A stretch of 64,000 nucleotides of DNA from Phycisphaerae bacterium (GTDB taxonomy: Bacteria > Planctomycetota > Phycisphaerae > UBA1845): assembly GCA_963666835.2 (NCBI GenBank), contig CAXXGO010000001.1, forward strand, positions 1,088,001 through 1,152,000, written 5' to 3'. Made by a program: the position numbers and the translations under genes. The notes under the pieces are model-generated. The model made no database searches, had not been told where the DNA came from, and was given only the letters and a program-made list of their open reading frames with translations. The stretch's first letter is position 1, and every line of letters begins with the position of its first letter. This document shows positions 20,801 to 30,000 of this stretch, one piece after another.

Positions 20801-22371
20801 CCGACGGTCGGCAACGTCGCGGGGAGACGCAATTCGACCTGCTACTTGCGATCGATCACACGCGCCGTAGTGCAAGCGTTCAAGCGCGGATTGGCGAGTG
20901 GCAGCGGAAGTTCTGCAGGAAAGCGCCAGCACAGCCCGCGCGAAGTGGCATGTGCTTCGTCGGCTCCCCGATATCCGCGAAGGCCGTCGAGAAGATGAAC
21001 GATGAGCAATGGCTCGGCGCTCTCGCGCGTTATTCGAGTCGAGAATTAGAGTGGCGCGACGGCGCGCCGGTCGGCGGTCCGCATGAACTTGGTCAGATGT
21101 TGGAGGCGCAGGTCAAGAAAGACCCCGCCCGCTTCGCCCGCCTCGTCCTCAGCTTCCCTGACGGAACCAATCCCGCGTATTTCCAAGCCGTACTACGCGG
21201 GCTCGGCTCCAGTACGGAAAACGCCCAGGGCATCTTTGAAGCTTGCCGGCACTGTTATCGGCTAGCGAATCGACCGGCGGGTTTGGAGTTCTGTCGCCTC
21301 GCGGAGAAGATTCCAGAGTTGCCGTGGCCGGAAGACCTGCTCGGCGCGATCGCGTGGTATGCGACGGAAGACCCCGATCCTGACCATGAATCTTGGCGGA
21401 CCGAAGCATCAGGTGGGCGGTGTTACTATGGAGGAGACATCTACACAGCCGGGATCAACTGTGTGCGAGGCACGGCGGCAGGCGCTTTGAGGGCGTTGCT
21501 CTCCGCCGACACTGGACGACTTCCACGCTTCCTGCCCACACTCAGGAGAATGGTGCGGGATCCATCAATCGCAGTGCGATCTTGCGTTGCCACCACACTT
21601 CTTCCCGTTCTGAGTCTTGATCGTGACCTCGCCGTGGCGTTGTTCTCGGAACTCTGCGAAACCGAAGATGTCCTGTTGAAGACGCACTACATGGAGAAGT
21701 TCATGCGGTATGCGACGGCTACTCATTTCGAACAGCTTCGACCGCATGTGGAGCGCATGCTGTGTTCCAGTGACTCCGAGGTTGCACAGGTGGGTGCAAG
21801 GCGAGCATGTATCGCATCGTTTGATCGGGAAGACGTGGCTGAACTGAGGGACAAGTGCGTGAGCGGTTCAGAGTCGTTGCGCTTGGGGGCCGCTCAGGTG
21901 TTTGCCGCAAACGTCGGTGATGCACGGTTCTGTTCGGTTTGTGAGGCCGAACTACTACGGTTTTTCGATGATCCCAGCGACAAGGTTAGGGATTCGGCAG
22001 CCGCGTGCTTCGACCATCTTGACAACGACGCTCTTGGCCACGTACCGGGGCTCATGGTGGGATTCCAGAGTAGCGCCGCATTCGAAGCGTACCATGAGCA
22101 TTTGATCCGAGCGCTGGAAGAGACGACAGCACAGCTTCCCGATGTGACGATCTCCGTCTGCGAACGGTTCATCGAGATTGCTGGATCGGCCGCTGGCGAC
22201 ATGCGAACGCGTGCAGCGAGCGACGCACACCGTCTCAGCGATCTCATCATTCGCGCATATCACCAAGCGGGCGATGGAGCCGTCCGCGAGCGTTGTCTGG
22301 ACACGATCGACAACCTGCTTCGAGTGGGGGCAACGGGACTGCAGGAGGCCCTCAGTGAATTCGAGCGCTGA
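17875..22371 (+). CDS. STAND/NACHT-like ATPase with N-terminal PD-(D/E)xK nuclease-like domain and C-terminal helical repeats (Avs-like defence protein)
   Basis: GGSSDKAGNRYE...GVEF...YHQVKRQ; Walker A GGAGSGKS; Walker B LILDQLD; ACRRFD; FFHEGFFDY; HEAT-like C-terminus. 1498 aa. Confidence 0.75.
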   Translation: MPLRGGSSDKAGNRYEAIWTVVCMSRVLGGEYDSIRLEPPGPEGEGVEFWLRRGDSREYHQVKRQGARRGHWTLGELRDNGVLTAFRKHLANNTATCVFVSSQDAFGLRNLAERARDAADHEEFKDEFAQGEWNERFSELLAHWPGCSSAEGFSLLKRIHVHTIDEEMLRLHAELRLESVVEGDTCAATDVLFVHALDSVHKELDRGWILNHLQCRGFTQPIWAAPKALSEVVEKANERFLVRLRDELIRGELIQRGESECVLAALQEGSTKRGAIVTGGAGSGKSTVLLQVIESLEQQNIPTLAFRIDNLTPTQSPNEAGRQIELPKSPVATLAAMANGRPCVLILDQLDAVSLISGRNPTFFECFDEMVRQALMLPAMRLVIACRRFDFENDHRLRRLGGHGDVFENVEVGTLSGETVRHTVNALGIDPSRIGDKQVELLSVPAHLKLLCEVAPGKGAILDFDTANELYGLYWERKDRLLRAKLGSTVTWLPVIDRLCEYMSNRQALSAPAINLDDVAAIRDALLSEHVLVQDGARVNFFHEGFFDYAFARRFAATDGDLMGLLRSDEQHLFRRAQVRQILLHQREIDRPLYAKNVNTLLTSADIRFHIKQLVFALLAQFTDPTEAEWRILEELLRDSDYSNRDQIWFATRTLPWFRLLDSLHVVENWLKQNDSDRVDRAVTLLHGVQRDAADRVAELVEPYVGTSPEWRNRYRYLVQWADLQAGRRFFELFLRLLDYGDLDGIGGAREGDLLSILYELSKSRADWACEAIGHYLARCMRVSLDSGETNPFKAKGGSRYSHSSDRVLIGSAERAPSAFIEHVLPFVLRVIELNASQEGEKPWEDTVWRWRFQDWGHGIDDHLLRATDEALSKLAREAPNSFERIARPLRKSEYETVQFLLMRAYAATGERFADEAIDYLCEHARRLRCGYFDAGLSHRASRDLIQAATPHCSTERLANLEAILLGYYTNGEQTADGRQRRGETQFDLLLAIDHTRRSASVQARIGEWQRKFCRKAPAQPARSGMCFVGSPISAKAVEKMNDEQWLGALARYSSRELEWRDGAPVGGPHELGQMLEAQVKKDPARFARLVLSFPDGTNPAYFQAVLRGLGSSTENAQGIFEACRHCYRLANRPAGLEFCRLAEKIPELPWPEDLLGAIAWYATEDPDPDHESWRTEASGGRCYYGGDIYTAGINCVRGTAAGALRALLSADTGRLPRFLPTLRRMVRDPSIAVRSCVATTLLPVLSLDRDLAVALFSELCETEDVLLKTHYMEKFMRYATATHFEQLRPHVERMLCSSDSEVAQVGARRACIASFDREDVAELRDKCVSGSESLRLGAAQVFAANVGDARFCSVCEAELLRFFDDPSDKVRDSAAACFDHLDNDALGHVPGLMVGFQSSAAFEAYHEHLIRALEETTAQLPDVTISVCERFIEIAGSAAGDMRTRAASDAHRLSDLIIRAYHQAGDGAVRERCLDTIDNLLRVGATGLQEALSEFER

Positions 22372-22532
22372 GTTACGTCACGCGAGCAACTTAGACTCCA
22401 AGCAATTGGTTGCCCCCAAACCCCCGGCGGGAATCGAGATCTAACTGACCAGTACTCCAGAACATGCTCCACAGAGGCTGACAATACGGGGACAATACAG
22501 GGGTAAGGGACCCGTACCTGTTGATTGTCCCT

Positions 22533-22561
22533 GCAGGTCTTGTTCCTCGACACTGCGCTAC
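22533..22561 (-). repeat. GTAG-type REP, degenerate copy
   Basis: Variant of GGCAGGTCTCGTTCCTCGACCGTGCCCTAC. Confidence 0.6.
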
Positions 22562-22641
22562 ACAAGCCGACGCTGGTCTACAAAGTCTCGAATACGGTAC
22601 GAGCGCGGCTGACGAGACCGTAACGCGAATCCCCGCCGGCC

Positions 22642-23061
22642 TCATTCCCCAATGATCTTCACCAGGACGCGTTTGCGACGGCGGCCGTCGAACTCGCCGT
22701 AGAAGATCTGTTCCCACGGGCCGAAATCCAGCGCGCCCTTCGTCACGGCCACGACGACCTCGCGCCCCATTATCTGCCGCTTGAGGTGGGCGTCGCCGTT
22801 GTCTTCACCGGTGCGGTTGTGGCGATAATGGTCGATCGGCTCGTGCGGGGCGAGTTGCTCGAGCCAGTCTTCGTAATCCTGGTGCAAGCCGCCTTCATCG
22901 TCGTTGATGAAGACGCTGGCCGTGATGTGCATGGCGTTGACCAGGCAGAGCCCCTCGCGAATGCCGCTTTCGTGCAGCACCTCCTCTACCTTCGGCGTTA
23001 TGTTGATAAAAGCGCGGCGGGTCGGAATGTCGAACCACAATTCTCGGCGAGACGATTTCAT
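22642..23061 (-). CDS. yjbQ: YjbQ / UPF0047 family protein
   Basis: [31 protein letters not shown]. Confidence 0.92.
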   Translation of the reverse strand: MKSSRRELWFDIPTRRAFINITPKVEEVLHESGIREGLCLVNAMHITASVFINDDEGGLHQDYEDWLEQLAPHEPIDHYRHNRTGEDNGDAHLKRQIMGREVVVAVTKGALDFGPWEQIFYGEFDGRRRKRVLVKIIGE

Positions 23062-23272
23062 TTTGAGGCCTTTCGTAAGCGGGCTACACCATTGTAAGAC
23101 CGCACCAGGAATTCACGTGGTGCCGCCACGAGTCCCGGCCGCCGGTACTCCGGGATATTGCAGCCCCGATCGAATAAACGCAACCCCGCCGGGATTTAAG
23201 CGCCCGGCGCACCGCGATTGGTCTGTGACGCGGCATGATGTCGACATGTCTTCGAGCGACGTCTGCCGTTGC

Positions 23273-23880
23273 GGCAGGTCTCGTTCCTCGACCGTGCCCT
23301 ACACCTGCCGGGTGCCATGGCTCACGCTTGCGTGGTCATGATGGTCTGCAGGGTCGGCGGCGCGTAAGGGTATCAATCTCGTCAGGCGGCCACGCGGTAA
23401 ACCATCCCGCAGGGACGTAAGGCAAGTAGCCACGGGTGGAGCGCAGCGGAACCCGTGGGTGGAATCCACCCCCACGCACTCCCGTCCCGAAGGGCCGGCG
23501 GATTACATTAGCATGAGAACCCGACCCAGAATAAGTCGCATAGAACCTGTGTTGCCCCGGAACCTGCACAGGTCACAGAAACCCGGCTCCGTTGTTCAAC
23601 CCACTTCGGGGTTGGTGCAAAAAGGAGCTCTGTGACCCAGGGTGGCACTTCGCGGCTACGCCGCTTCGTTTACCCTGGGCTCTGTTGTGAAACGCCTTCG
23701 GCGTAAGTGCGGAAGACGCGCGGCGTGCAAAGACCGCGGCAGGTCTCGTTCCTCGACCGTGCCCTACACGCGTTGCCGACGGGGGGCATGCGAAAACACC
23801 GCCTGCGTGCATGGCAGAGGCGGGGCGGAGCCTCTGCGCGGGGAGCGCGTCCGCCCTGCGACCGGGGTCCCATCCGCCGC
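23273..23880. repeat. Cluster of REP / palindromic elements
   Basis: Identical 30-mers at 23273-23302 and 23738-23767, plus composite hairpin elements at about 23405-23500 and 23593-23706. Confidence 0.7.
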
Positions 23881-23895
23881 GTAACGACAGACTCA

Positions 23896-24333
23896 TTATG
23901 GTGACCCCTCAAACCCGTCCACAAGCCAGAGGTGCGACCCGCAACCTGCCCGACAATCGGAGGATCCGAAACCCCCCGCGACGCAGCGCGCTTGCGCTGC
24001 GATGGCTTGATTCAATTCACATTCCGCTTCTGGGTCGAACGACGCCAATGCCACGCGTACGATCCGGGTCTGTTGATGGGCGAGTAGGTAGTCGATGTGC
24101 CAGTGCACTTTGCGCGCCCCGCTGACGTGCCGAGATACGCGCGCCGGTAAAGCGCGTGAGGCCCGTCCGGTGTACACGTACGTGCCGGCCGGAAACAGGA
24201 ATCGACCCAGCCGGCCAATGGTGATACGAGCGTTTCGCGGCAGGCGGATCCACAACTGATACACGCCGGCGTCGGGCCAGTCCTTCAGTGGCGGATCGAA
24301 ACCCACCCGCGCCGATGTAAACGATCGGGCCAT
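23896..24333 (-). CDS. GIY-YIG nuclease (DUF123-like)
   Basis: GVYQL...YVYTGRA...RH...HWHIDYL, EC, GFGSSDC..GCGSHL. Confidence 0.85.
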   Translation of the reverse strand: MARSFTSARVGFDPPLKDWPDAGVYQLWIRLPRNARITIGRLGRFLFPAGTYVYTGRASRALPARVSRHVSGARKVHWHIDYLLAHQQTRIVRVALASFDPEAECELNQAIAAQARCVAGGFGSSDCRAGCGSHLWLVDGFEGSP

Positions 24334-24416
24334 TCGTTACCCGTCCTCGCTTTGCATCGTCGGGTCAATCCGGCAGCCGGCATGCCAGGACCTATCCCGA
24401 GTGTGATTACGCTCAA

Positions 24417-25223
24417 TCATGGCCCTACATCTGTCAGAACGGCGTATTCCTCAGGTCGCCGGTCGTTCAAGACGTGGTTTCGCGGCGTGATCATCTTGTT
24501 CCTCGCCAGGTCGATGTCCACCTCGACGATACCCACCTGCGGGTCGACGCCCGACGCTCGAGCTACTACGTTACCTTTGGGGTCCGCTACTATCGACTGA
24601 CCAGTAAACGTCAGATCGCCCTCCTGTCCGACTCGGTTTGCGGTGACTACGAAGATCCGATTCATAACGGCATGAGCCGGAACGCCCCGTTGGGCTAAGT
24701 CTGGGAGCACAAGGTTGGCCGGGTGGCAGACGATGTCCGCACCCCGAAGGGCCAGTACCCGCCATGCTTCCGGGAAGATCCAGTCGAAACAGATCAGCAT
24801 GCCGACCTTACACCCGCCGAGATCAAACACCGGCAAGCCCAGATTGCCCGGCTCGAAGTAGTCCTTCTCGTTCATGAACAGATGAAGCTTGCGATACTTG
24901 CCGATAAAGCCCTCCGGACCGACCAGCACCGCGGTGTTGTAAAGGCGGCCGTCCTGCCCGTCCCGTTCGTTCATCCCGGCCACGATGTATTGATGATGAC
25001 GCTTGCTCAGCGATAGAAGGTACTGAGCGAAAACGCCGTCTTGGGCGTCTTCGGCCGTGCGCCGGGCCTGCTCGATGGAGGTGAAATCGTAGCCGGAGTT
25101 GCAGAGTTCGGGAAGCACCACGAGATCGGCGGTCTTGAACTCATCGCCCATTAAGTCTAGTTTGCGGAGGGTGGCCGCAAGGTCATTCAGAACCGGCGAG
25201 AACTGGACGAAACCGATCTTCAT
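24417..25223 (-). CDS. Carbon-nitrogen hydrolase (nitrilase superfamily)
   Basis: Triad motifs VLPEL, YRKLHL, ICFDWIFPE. Confidence 0.92.
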   Translation of the reverse strand: MKIGFVQFSPVLNDLAATLRKLDLMGDEFKTADLVVLPELCNSGYDFTSIEQARRTAEDAQDGVFAQYLLSLSKRHHQYIVAGMNERDGQDGRLYNTAVLVGPEGFIGKYRKLHLFMNEKDYFEPGNLGLPVFDLGGCKVGMLICFDWIFPEAWRVLALRGADIVCHPANLVLPDLAQRGVPAHAVMNRIFVVTANRVGQEGDLTFTGQSIVADPKGNVVARASGVDPQVGIVEVDIDLARNKMITPRNHVLNDRRPEEYAVLTDVGP

Positions 25224-25484
25224 CAGAACTACCTCCGCTCACGCTACGATCTCAATGCCATGATGTTACCGCGATTCGCGCGGTGCGCACAGGTAACTTG
25301 GTCGGAGTTGCCGAAGGTGTACTACTGGGGACCTGAGATGAACAGCGCGGCGGTTTCCTCCACGATGATCCGCAGGTGCCGGGTCGACAAAGTGTGGGCA
25401 ATCGCCGGAAAGTCCGGGCGCCGCGCGGCGAGGCTGAGTATGGCGACCTCGATGTCAGCGTAACGGGCCTCTCTCAGGACGGGC

Positions 25485-26786
25485 TCACTCCGTTGTCGCG
25501 TCGTGCCGGCGGAGGATCTCAATAGCGCGGTTGTAGGCGCGCGTCCACCAGCTCTGAATCGCGTCCTTTCCCTCGCGAGCGACGGCGCGCCGATCAAGCC
25601 GTATCGGCACGTCGGGTTTTATGCCGAGATACTGGCACGAGCGCCCGTCAAGTCGATAGAACGGTAGGATGCTGTATTTAATGCTGAGCCCGCCGCTCAG
25701 CATTATCTTGTTAGTTCCGGCTCCACCACCGGCTGTGCGCTCACCGATCAACACCGAATCGCGCAACTCCTGGAGCGCTATAGCCAGTACTTCGCCGCCA
25801 CTGACCGTTCGGTACGATATAAGTACGGCGAGTGGCTTCCGATAGACGGCGCCCCGGCTCTGGGCCCAGGCGGCGCCGGTGTAGTCAATCGGTAACAGTC
25901 CGGAGAGTGTCATCCGGTCGGCACGACGTAGCAAACCGACGAACGGTTTGACCCCGTCCACGAAACGCCCCAAGATGTCTTCAACCACATCGAAGCAACC
26001 GCCGCTGTTGTTAGTCAAATCAAGGACTAAGGCGTCCGTGTCCATAAGGTCGTCCAGCGCCCGATCGAAAGCTGCCGTGGTCTTGGCATCATCGACGTTG
26101 TTCAGGTAGATATACCCGATCTTGCCGTCCTTTCTTCGGCGATAACTGACTCCCGCATCCTCATCTTCCTCCTTCTCACTCTCGTCTGTCGCCGGCGCCT
26201 CCGGGCAGCGCACTCTGACGATTCGCTCGGTATAGTCGATGAGCAACAGCTTCAGCTCCACCACATCTCCTTCCGTGCAGACGAACGGAAGAGGGCCGAG
26301 GCCCACCACAGGTACGCCGTCCATGGCGAGCAGTTCGTACATCTGCTGCTCGGGCAAGGCGGGATCGTTCTCGCCGGTTATGAGATTGTTGTGATCAAGA
26401 CTGATCCAGACGGATCCTCCCGCCGCGGTCCCATCGGAGAACGGTGATGAGACCGGCTGCCCGGTAACGCCCTCGTACCACGCGGAGAGATCGACGAACT
26501 GTACATGGGGGTCATTCAACTCCGCCAAGAATCTACCCATGGCGATAAGGTACTCGCGCGGGGTCTGCGCGGAGACTACATTCGGGCGGTGTTTCTTGCG
26601 GAACTCGTAGGGATTCCCCGGTCCTTCGTACAAGAGCCTGCCGAAGTACGCATAGTCCCTTCGAAGCGTGGACCACAATTGGTCGAAACTGCGTGCCCGG
26701 GTCCATCCATTCACCTTGGGGGCTGTGCTGCAGCCGCCCAGCAAGTACGTCATCAGCAGTACGACAACGAGGCGACGGAGCGCCAT
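25485..26786 (-). CDS. S41 family peptidase, lipoprotein
   Basis: LLGGC lipobox, LNDPH, IGYIYL, LDLTNNSGG, TVSGGE, IGERTAG, GIKPDV. Confidence 0.85.
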   Translation of the reverse strand: MALRRLVVVLLMTYLLGGCSTAPKVNGWTRARSFDQLWSTLRRDYAYFGRLLYEGPGNPYEFRKKHRPNVVSAQTPREYLIAMGRFLAELNDPHVQFVDLSAWYEGVTGQPVSSPFSDGTAAGGSVWISLDHNNLITGENDPALPEQQMYELLAMDGVPVVGLGPLPFVCTEGDVVELKLLLIDYTERIVRVRCPEAPATDESEKEEDEDAGVSYRRRKDGKIGYIYLNNVDDAKTTAAFDRALDDLMDTDALVLDLTNNSGGCFDVVEDILGRFVDGVKPFVGLLRRADRMTLSGLLPIDYTGAAWAQSRGAVYRKPLAVLISYRTVSGGEVLAIALQELRDSVLIGERTAGGGAGTNKIMLSGGLSIKYSILPFYRLDGRSCQYLGIKPDVPIRLDRRAVAREGKDAIQSWWTRAYNRAIEILRRHDATTE

Positions 26787-26911
26787 ACGAGTCCTCCTTG
26801 AAAGGACGGAACGGTTCGTAGTTGCTTGTCCATTCAGAAAACGAGTGGCGCGGCAGAAGGACGGGCCGTAGCCCGGCCGTCGCGGTACGCTTGAGCAACG
26901 CGTGTTATATG

Positions 26912-29668
26912 TTATGGTTCAGACGGCGATTCGGTGAATTCGACCGCCATTATGGCATAGTCCGCCAGATCCACGCGGCCGTTGCCGTCGAGGTCGCTGA
27001 CCGTTCCGCAGTCGCACAGATTCTTGGCCAGATGCACGCAGGCAGCATCCCAGCCAACCGTGCAACAGATCGGGTCAGCTTCGCAGACCAATGAGCAGCA
27101 CGATTCATCCTGGCATCCGGGGCTCCGGTGGGCCGCGCAGCAGACATCCCGGCCCGGACAATTGAATAGCCGACATTCTACGTCGTTACACGTAGTGCCA
27201 TCACCGTGGTACACGGTTCCGAACAGCCCTAGTGTGCTCAGCGAGCATTCGAACTCGGTCAGATCGACGCAGGTTCCGTATTGCGCTCGCGCCCCTTCGG
27301 CAACCACTCGGGAGTCTTCCGATGGAGATCGGGCCGGAGAAGGTGCGGCCGCGCCATAGGATAGGGCGATGCAACATGCCCCGCTCGGGTCGGGGCATGC
27401 TATGCTGTCGTCCTGGCAGGAAGTGCCGTCCCCCTGATAACTTCCACCGTAGACCCCGGTACAGATGTTGTTCGAAACGCCGTTTACGCAGCTTTCGGCG
27501 AATACGCAGCAAGCGCCGAAGCACTCCACATTCTCGCAAGCGACGCCAACACCTTTGAACGTGCCTCCCCGGCTCTCGCAAGACTCTGCCGTCGAAGCCT
27601 GTTCACAACCCCAGTCGAGACAGCAGGCCCCGCCGCATACTATTGTGGCGCAATCGCTTCCGTCACCTTTGTAGCTTCCGCCTTCGTCGGTGCACTCCCC
27701 CGCTCCGCTGTCGTAGCAATCTCCCCAAACAGCCGGACAGCATGCGCCGCCGCAAATGATTGAATCGCAGGTGCTGCCCGCAAGGGTCGCAAAGGTGCCG
27801 CCGAGATCTTCGCAGTACCCCTGCCCCACGTCATCGAAGCACGTCCCGTTGTACTCGACGCAACATGCGCTGCTGCAAACCGAGTTCTCGCACTCCGTGC
27901 CCAGGCCGTTGAAGATCCCCCCGTTGTCGGTACAGGCCTCGGGGCCTTCCGGGTAACATCCTCCCCAGTAGTCGCAGCAAGCTCCGGTGCAGACTGCGGA
28001 TTCGCAATCCGTACCCGGACCCTGGAAGGTGTCACCATTATCAACGCAGGCACCTTCGCCGCAGTCGTAACATGCGCCATCCCACACACTGCAGCACGCC
28101 CCACCGCAAGTTACCTCGTCACAGGAGCTGCCTAAACCGTGAAAAGTGCCGCCATCGGAATCGCAGGCCGCAGATCCCGTCTCGTAGCAATCTCCCCAGT
28201 ATTCGTCGCAGCACGCCCCTGAACAGTCGATGTCGTCGCAAGGCGTACCAAAGCCGTGGAACGTCCCCTCGATGTCTGCGCAGTAACCTGGCCCTGCCCA
28301 GTCAAAGCAGTACCCCTCCCAGTTATCGCAGCACGCCCCGCTGCAGCTCTCGTCGTCGCAGGTGGTGCCCACTCCGCGGAACGCGTAACCTTGGTCCACG
28401 CACCATCCCTCCCCGGTGTCGTGGCAGTCTCCGTTGTACTCGTCACAGCAAGCTCCGCTGCAACTCTCAGTGTCGCACGTGGTGCCCACTCCGCGGAACG
28501 GGTAGCCTTGGTCTACGCACCATCCCTCCCCGGCGTCGTGGCAGTCTCCGTTATACTCGTCACAGCATGCTCCGCTGCAACTCGTGTTCTCGCATGTTGT
28601 GCCCACTCCTTTGAATGTGTGGCCGTGGTCCGTGCACCATCCTTCCCCGGTGTCATAGCAGTAGCCGCTGTGCTCGTCACAGCAAGCTCCCGTACAAACG
28701 GACGTGTCACACGTACTTCCTTCCCCTTGGAAAGCACCGCCGACGTTCTGGCAGATCTCTGCGCCACCTTCCCCACAGTCTCCGTTGTCGAGACAGCACG
28801 CTCCGGACCCGGGCGGCATGCAATCGACGTCCGGGTCCCCGCAACGGGTGCCAAACCCCGCGAAGACACCGCCTTGCTCCAGACAGCTCAGCAGGCTCTG
28901 ATAATCCCAACAGCCACCGTAGTTGGTAAGATGGCAGCACGCGCCATCGCACTTCGAGCAGCCATTGACGTAGCATGCCGTTCCTTGTCCAAGTGGTGTT
29001 CCACCGGCGAGCATGCAACTGGCGGTCGTGGTGTAGCTCCAACATTGTCCATTCCCAAAACAGCAGGCTCCGAGCACCTCCGGTGGGTCGCACGATACCT
29101 CCCCGCACTGAGTTCCCCAGCCGAGGAAAACGCCGCCGGCGGTCTGGCAGTCGGGCTCGGACAGGCTTGAGCAAGTGTCCGTATTCAGGCAACAAGCCCC
29201 GGTAGTGGGCGGGCAAGGTATGCCGGGATCGGTGCAGAGCGTGCCGTCCCCGAGGTATGTTCCGTCGGAGAACGCGCAGTGGACCGAGTTGGTGACGTCG
29301 CACGATCCGTCAGGCCGACAGCACGCCCCGTCGCACGCGATGTCGCAACAATCGAGCCCGACTCCGTGGAATCGTCCACCTGTCGCCTCACAGACGTCTT
29401 CCGAAACGACTCGACAAGCTCCGATCCCCAGGCAGCATGCCCCTTCCTCATCACGGCCTGCTGCGATTACGGGGTTGAGCGACTTCGAAGCTACCCGCCG
29501 GCCGGACGGCGGCTGGAAGACAGTGCGGGCCGATTCCAGAGTAGCTATGTCGCCGGCTTGCTCGGATGGCAAATGGCGGGCGCGTTGTTTCGCCTCGGGA
29601 GCCCCAGCCAGCATCGGCGTAGCGGCGCAGAATGCCAACAGGATCACGATATTTCTCGTTTTCTGCAT
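26912..29668 (-). CDS. Secreted Cys-rich GACC-repeat protein with C-terminal dockerin/EF-hand-like motif
   Basis: Signal peptide after MQKTR; about 20 repeats of GACC-x-G-C...C...GG.F.G.G..C; ends with DLDGNGRVDLADYA. Confidence 0.85.
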   Translation of the reverse strand: MQKTRNIVILLAFCAATPMLAGAPEAKQRARHLPSEQAGDIATLESARTVFQPPSGRRVASKSLNPVIAAGRDEEGACCLGIGACRVVSEDVCEATGGRFHGVGLDCCDIACDGACCRPDGSCDVTNSVHCAFSDGTYLGDGTLCTDPGIPCPPTTGACCLNTDTCSSLSEPDCQTAGGVFLGWGTQCGEVSCDPPEVLGACCFGNGQCWSYTTTASCMLAGGTPLGQGTACYVNGCSKCDGACCHLTNYGGCWDYQSLLSCLEQGGVFAGFGTRCGDPDVDCMPPGSGACCLDNGDCGEGGAEICQNVGGAFQGEGSTCDTSVCTGACCDEHSGYCYDTGEGWCTDHGHTFKGVGTTCENTSCSGACCDEYNGDCHDAGEGWCVDQGYPFRGVGTTCDTESCSGACCDEYNGDCHDTGEGWCVDQGYAFRGVGTTCDDESCSGACCDNWEGYCFDWAGPGYCADIEGTFHGFGTPCDDIDCSGACCDEYWGDCYETGSAACDSDGGTFHGLGSSCDEVTCGGACCSVWDGACYDCGEGACVDNGDTFQGPGTDCESAVCTGACCDYWGGCYPEGPEACTDNGGIFNGLGTECENSVCSSACCVEYNGTCFDDVGQGYCEDLGGTFATLAGSTCDSIICGGACCPAVWGDCYDSGAGECTDEGGSYKGDGSDCATIVCGGACCLDWGCEQASTAESCESRGGTFKGVGVACENVECFGACCVFAESCVNGVSNNICTGVYGGSYQGDGTSCQDDSIACPDPSGACCIALSYGAAAPSPARSPSEDSRVVAEGARAQYGTCVDLTEFECSLSTLGLFGTVYHGDGTTCNDVECRLFNCPGRDVCCAAHRSPGCQDESCCSLVCEADPICCTVGWDAACVHLAKNLCDCGTVSDLDGNGRVDLADYAIMAVEFTESPSEP

Positions 29669-30000
29669 CTTCTTTCCTCCGTACATGTGGCGACACGCCG
29701 TGCAGGCGCGCCATATGTCTCTGAAACGGAAACGATGGGCACACCAAGACTGCATCGCAGCTCCGGAGGCTTCAGCGGAGCACGACACACCCGGTAGCCG
29801 TATCATACGGAAACCCGGGGGAAGCACGCAAGCTGAGAGAGGGAATCGGGCGACAGCAGACGGAATGCCGCGCTACGGTGAGCATTGCCCCACCGTTGCC
29901 AGCCGGGGCGGAGTCGGGTAGTTTGTCGGTAGAACGTCGGCCTGAGGGGGCTCAGGCTGGGAATTCACAGGCTGGCTCTGCGAGTAGAAGGAGCTGTCGG

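Noticed and set aside
23235..23924. Several 60-110 aa ORFs in the REP cluster
   Set aside because: They are translations of palindromic repeats, with no RBS or protein-like features.
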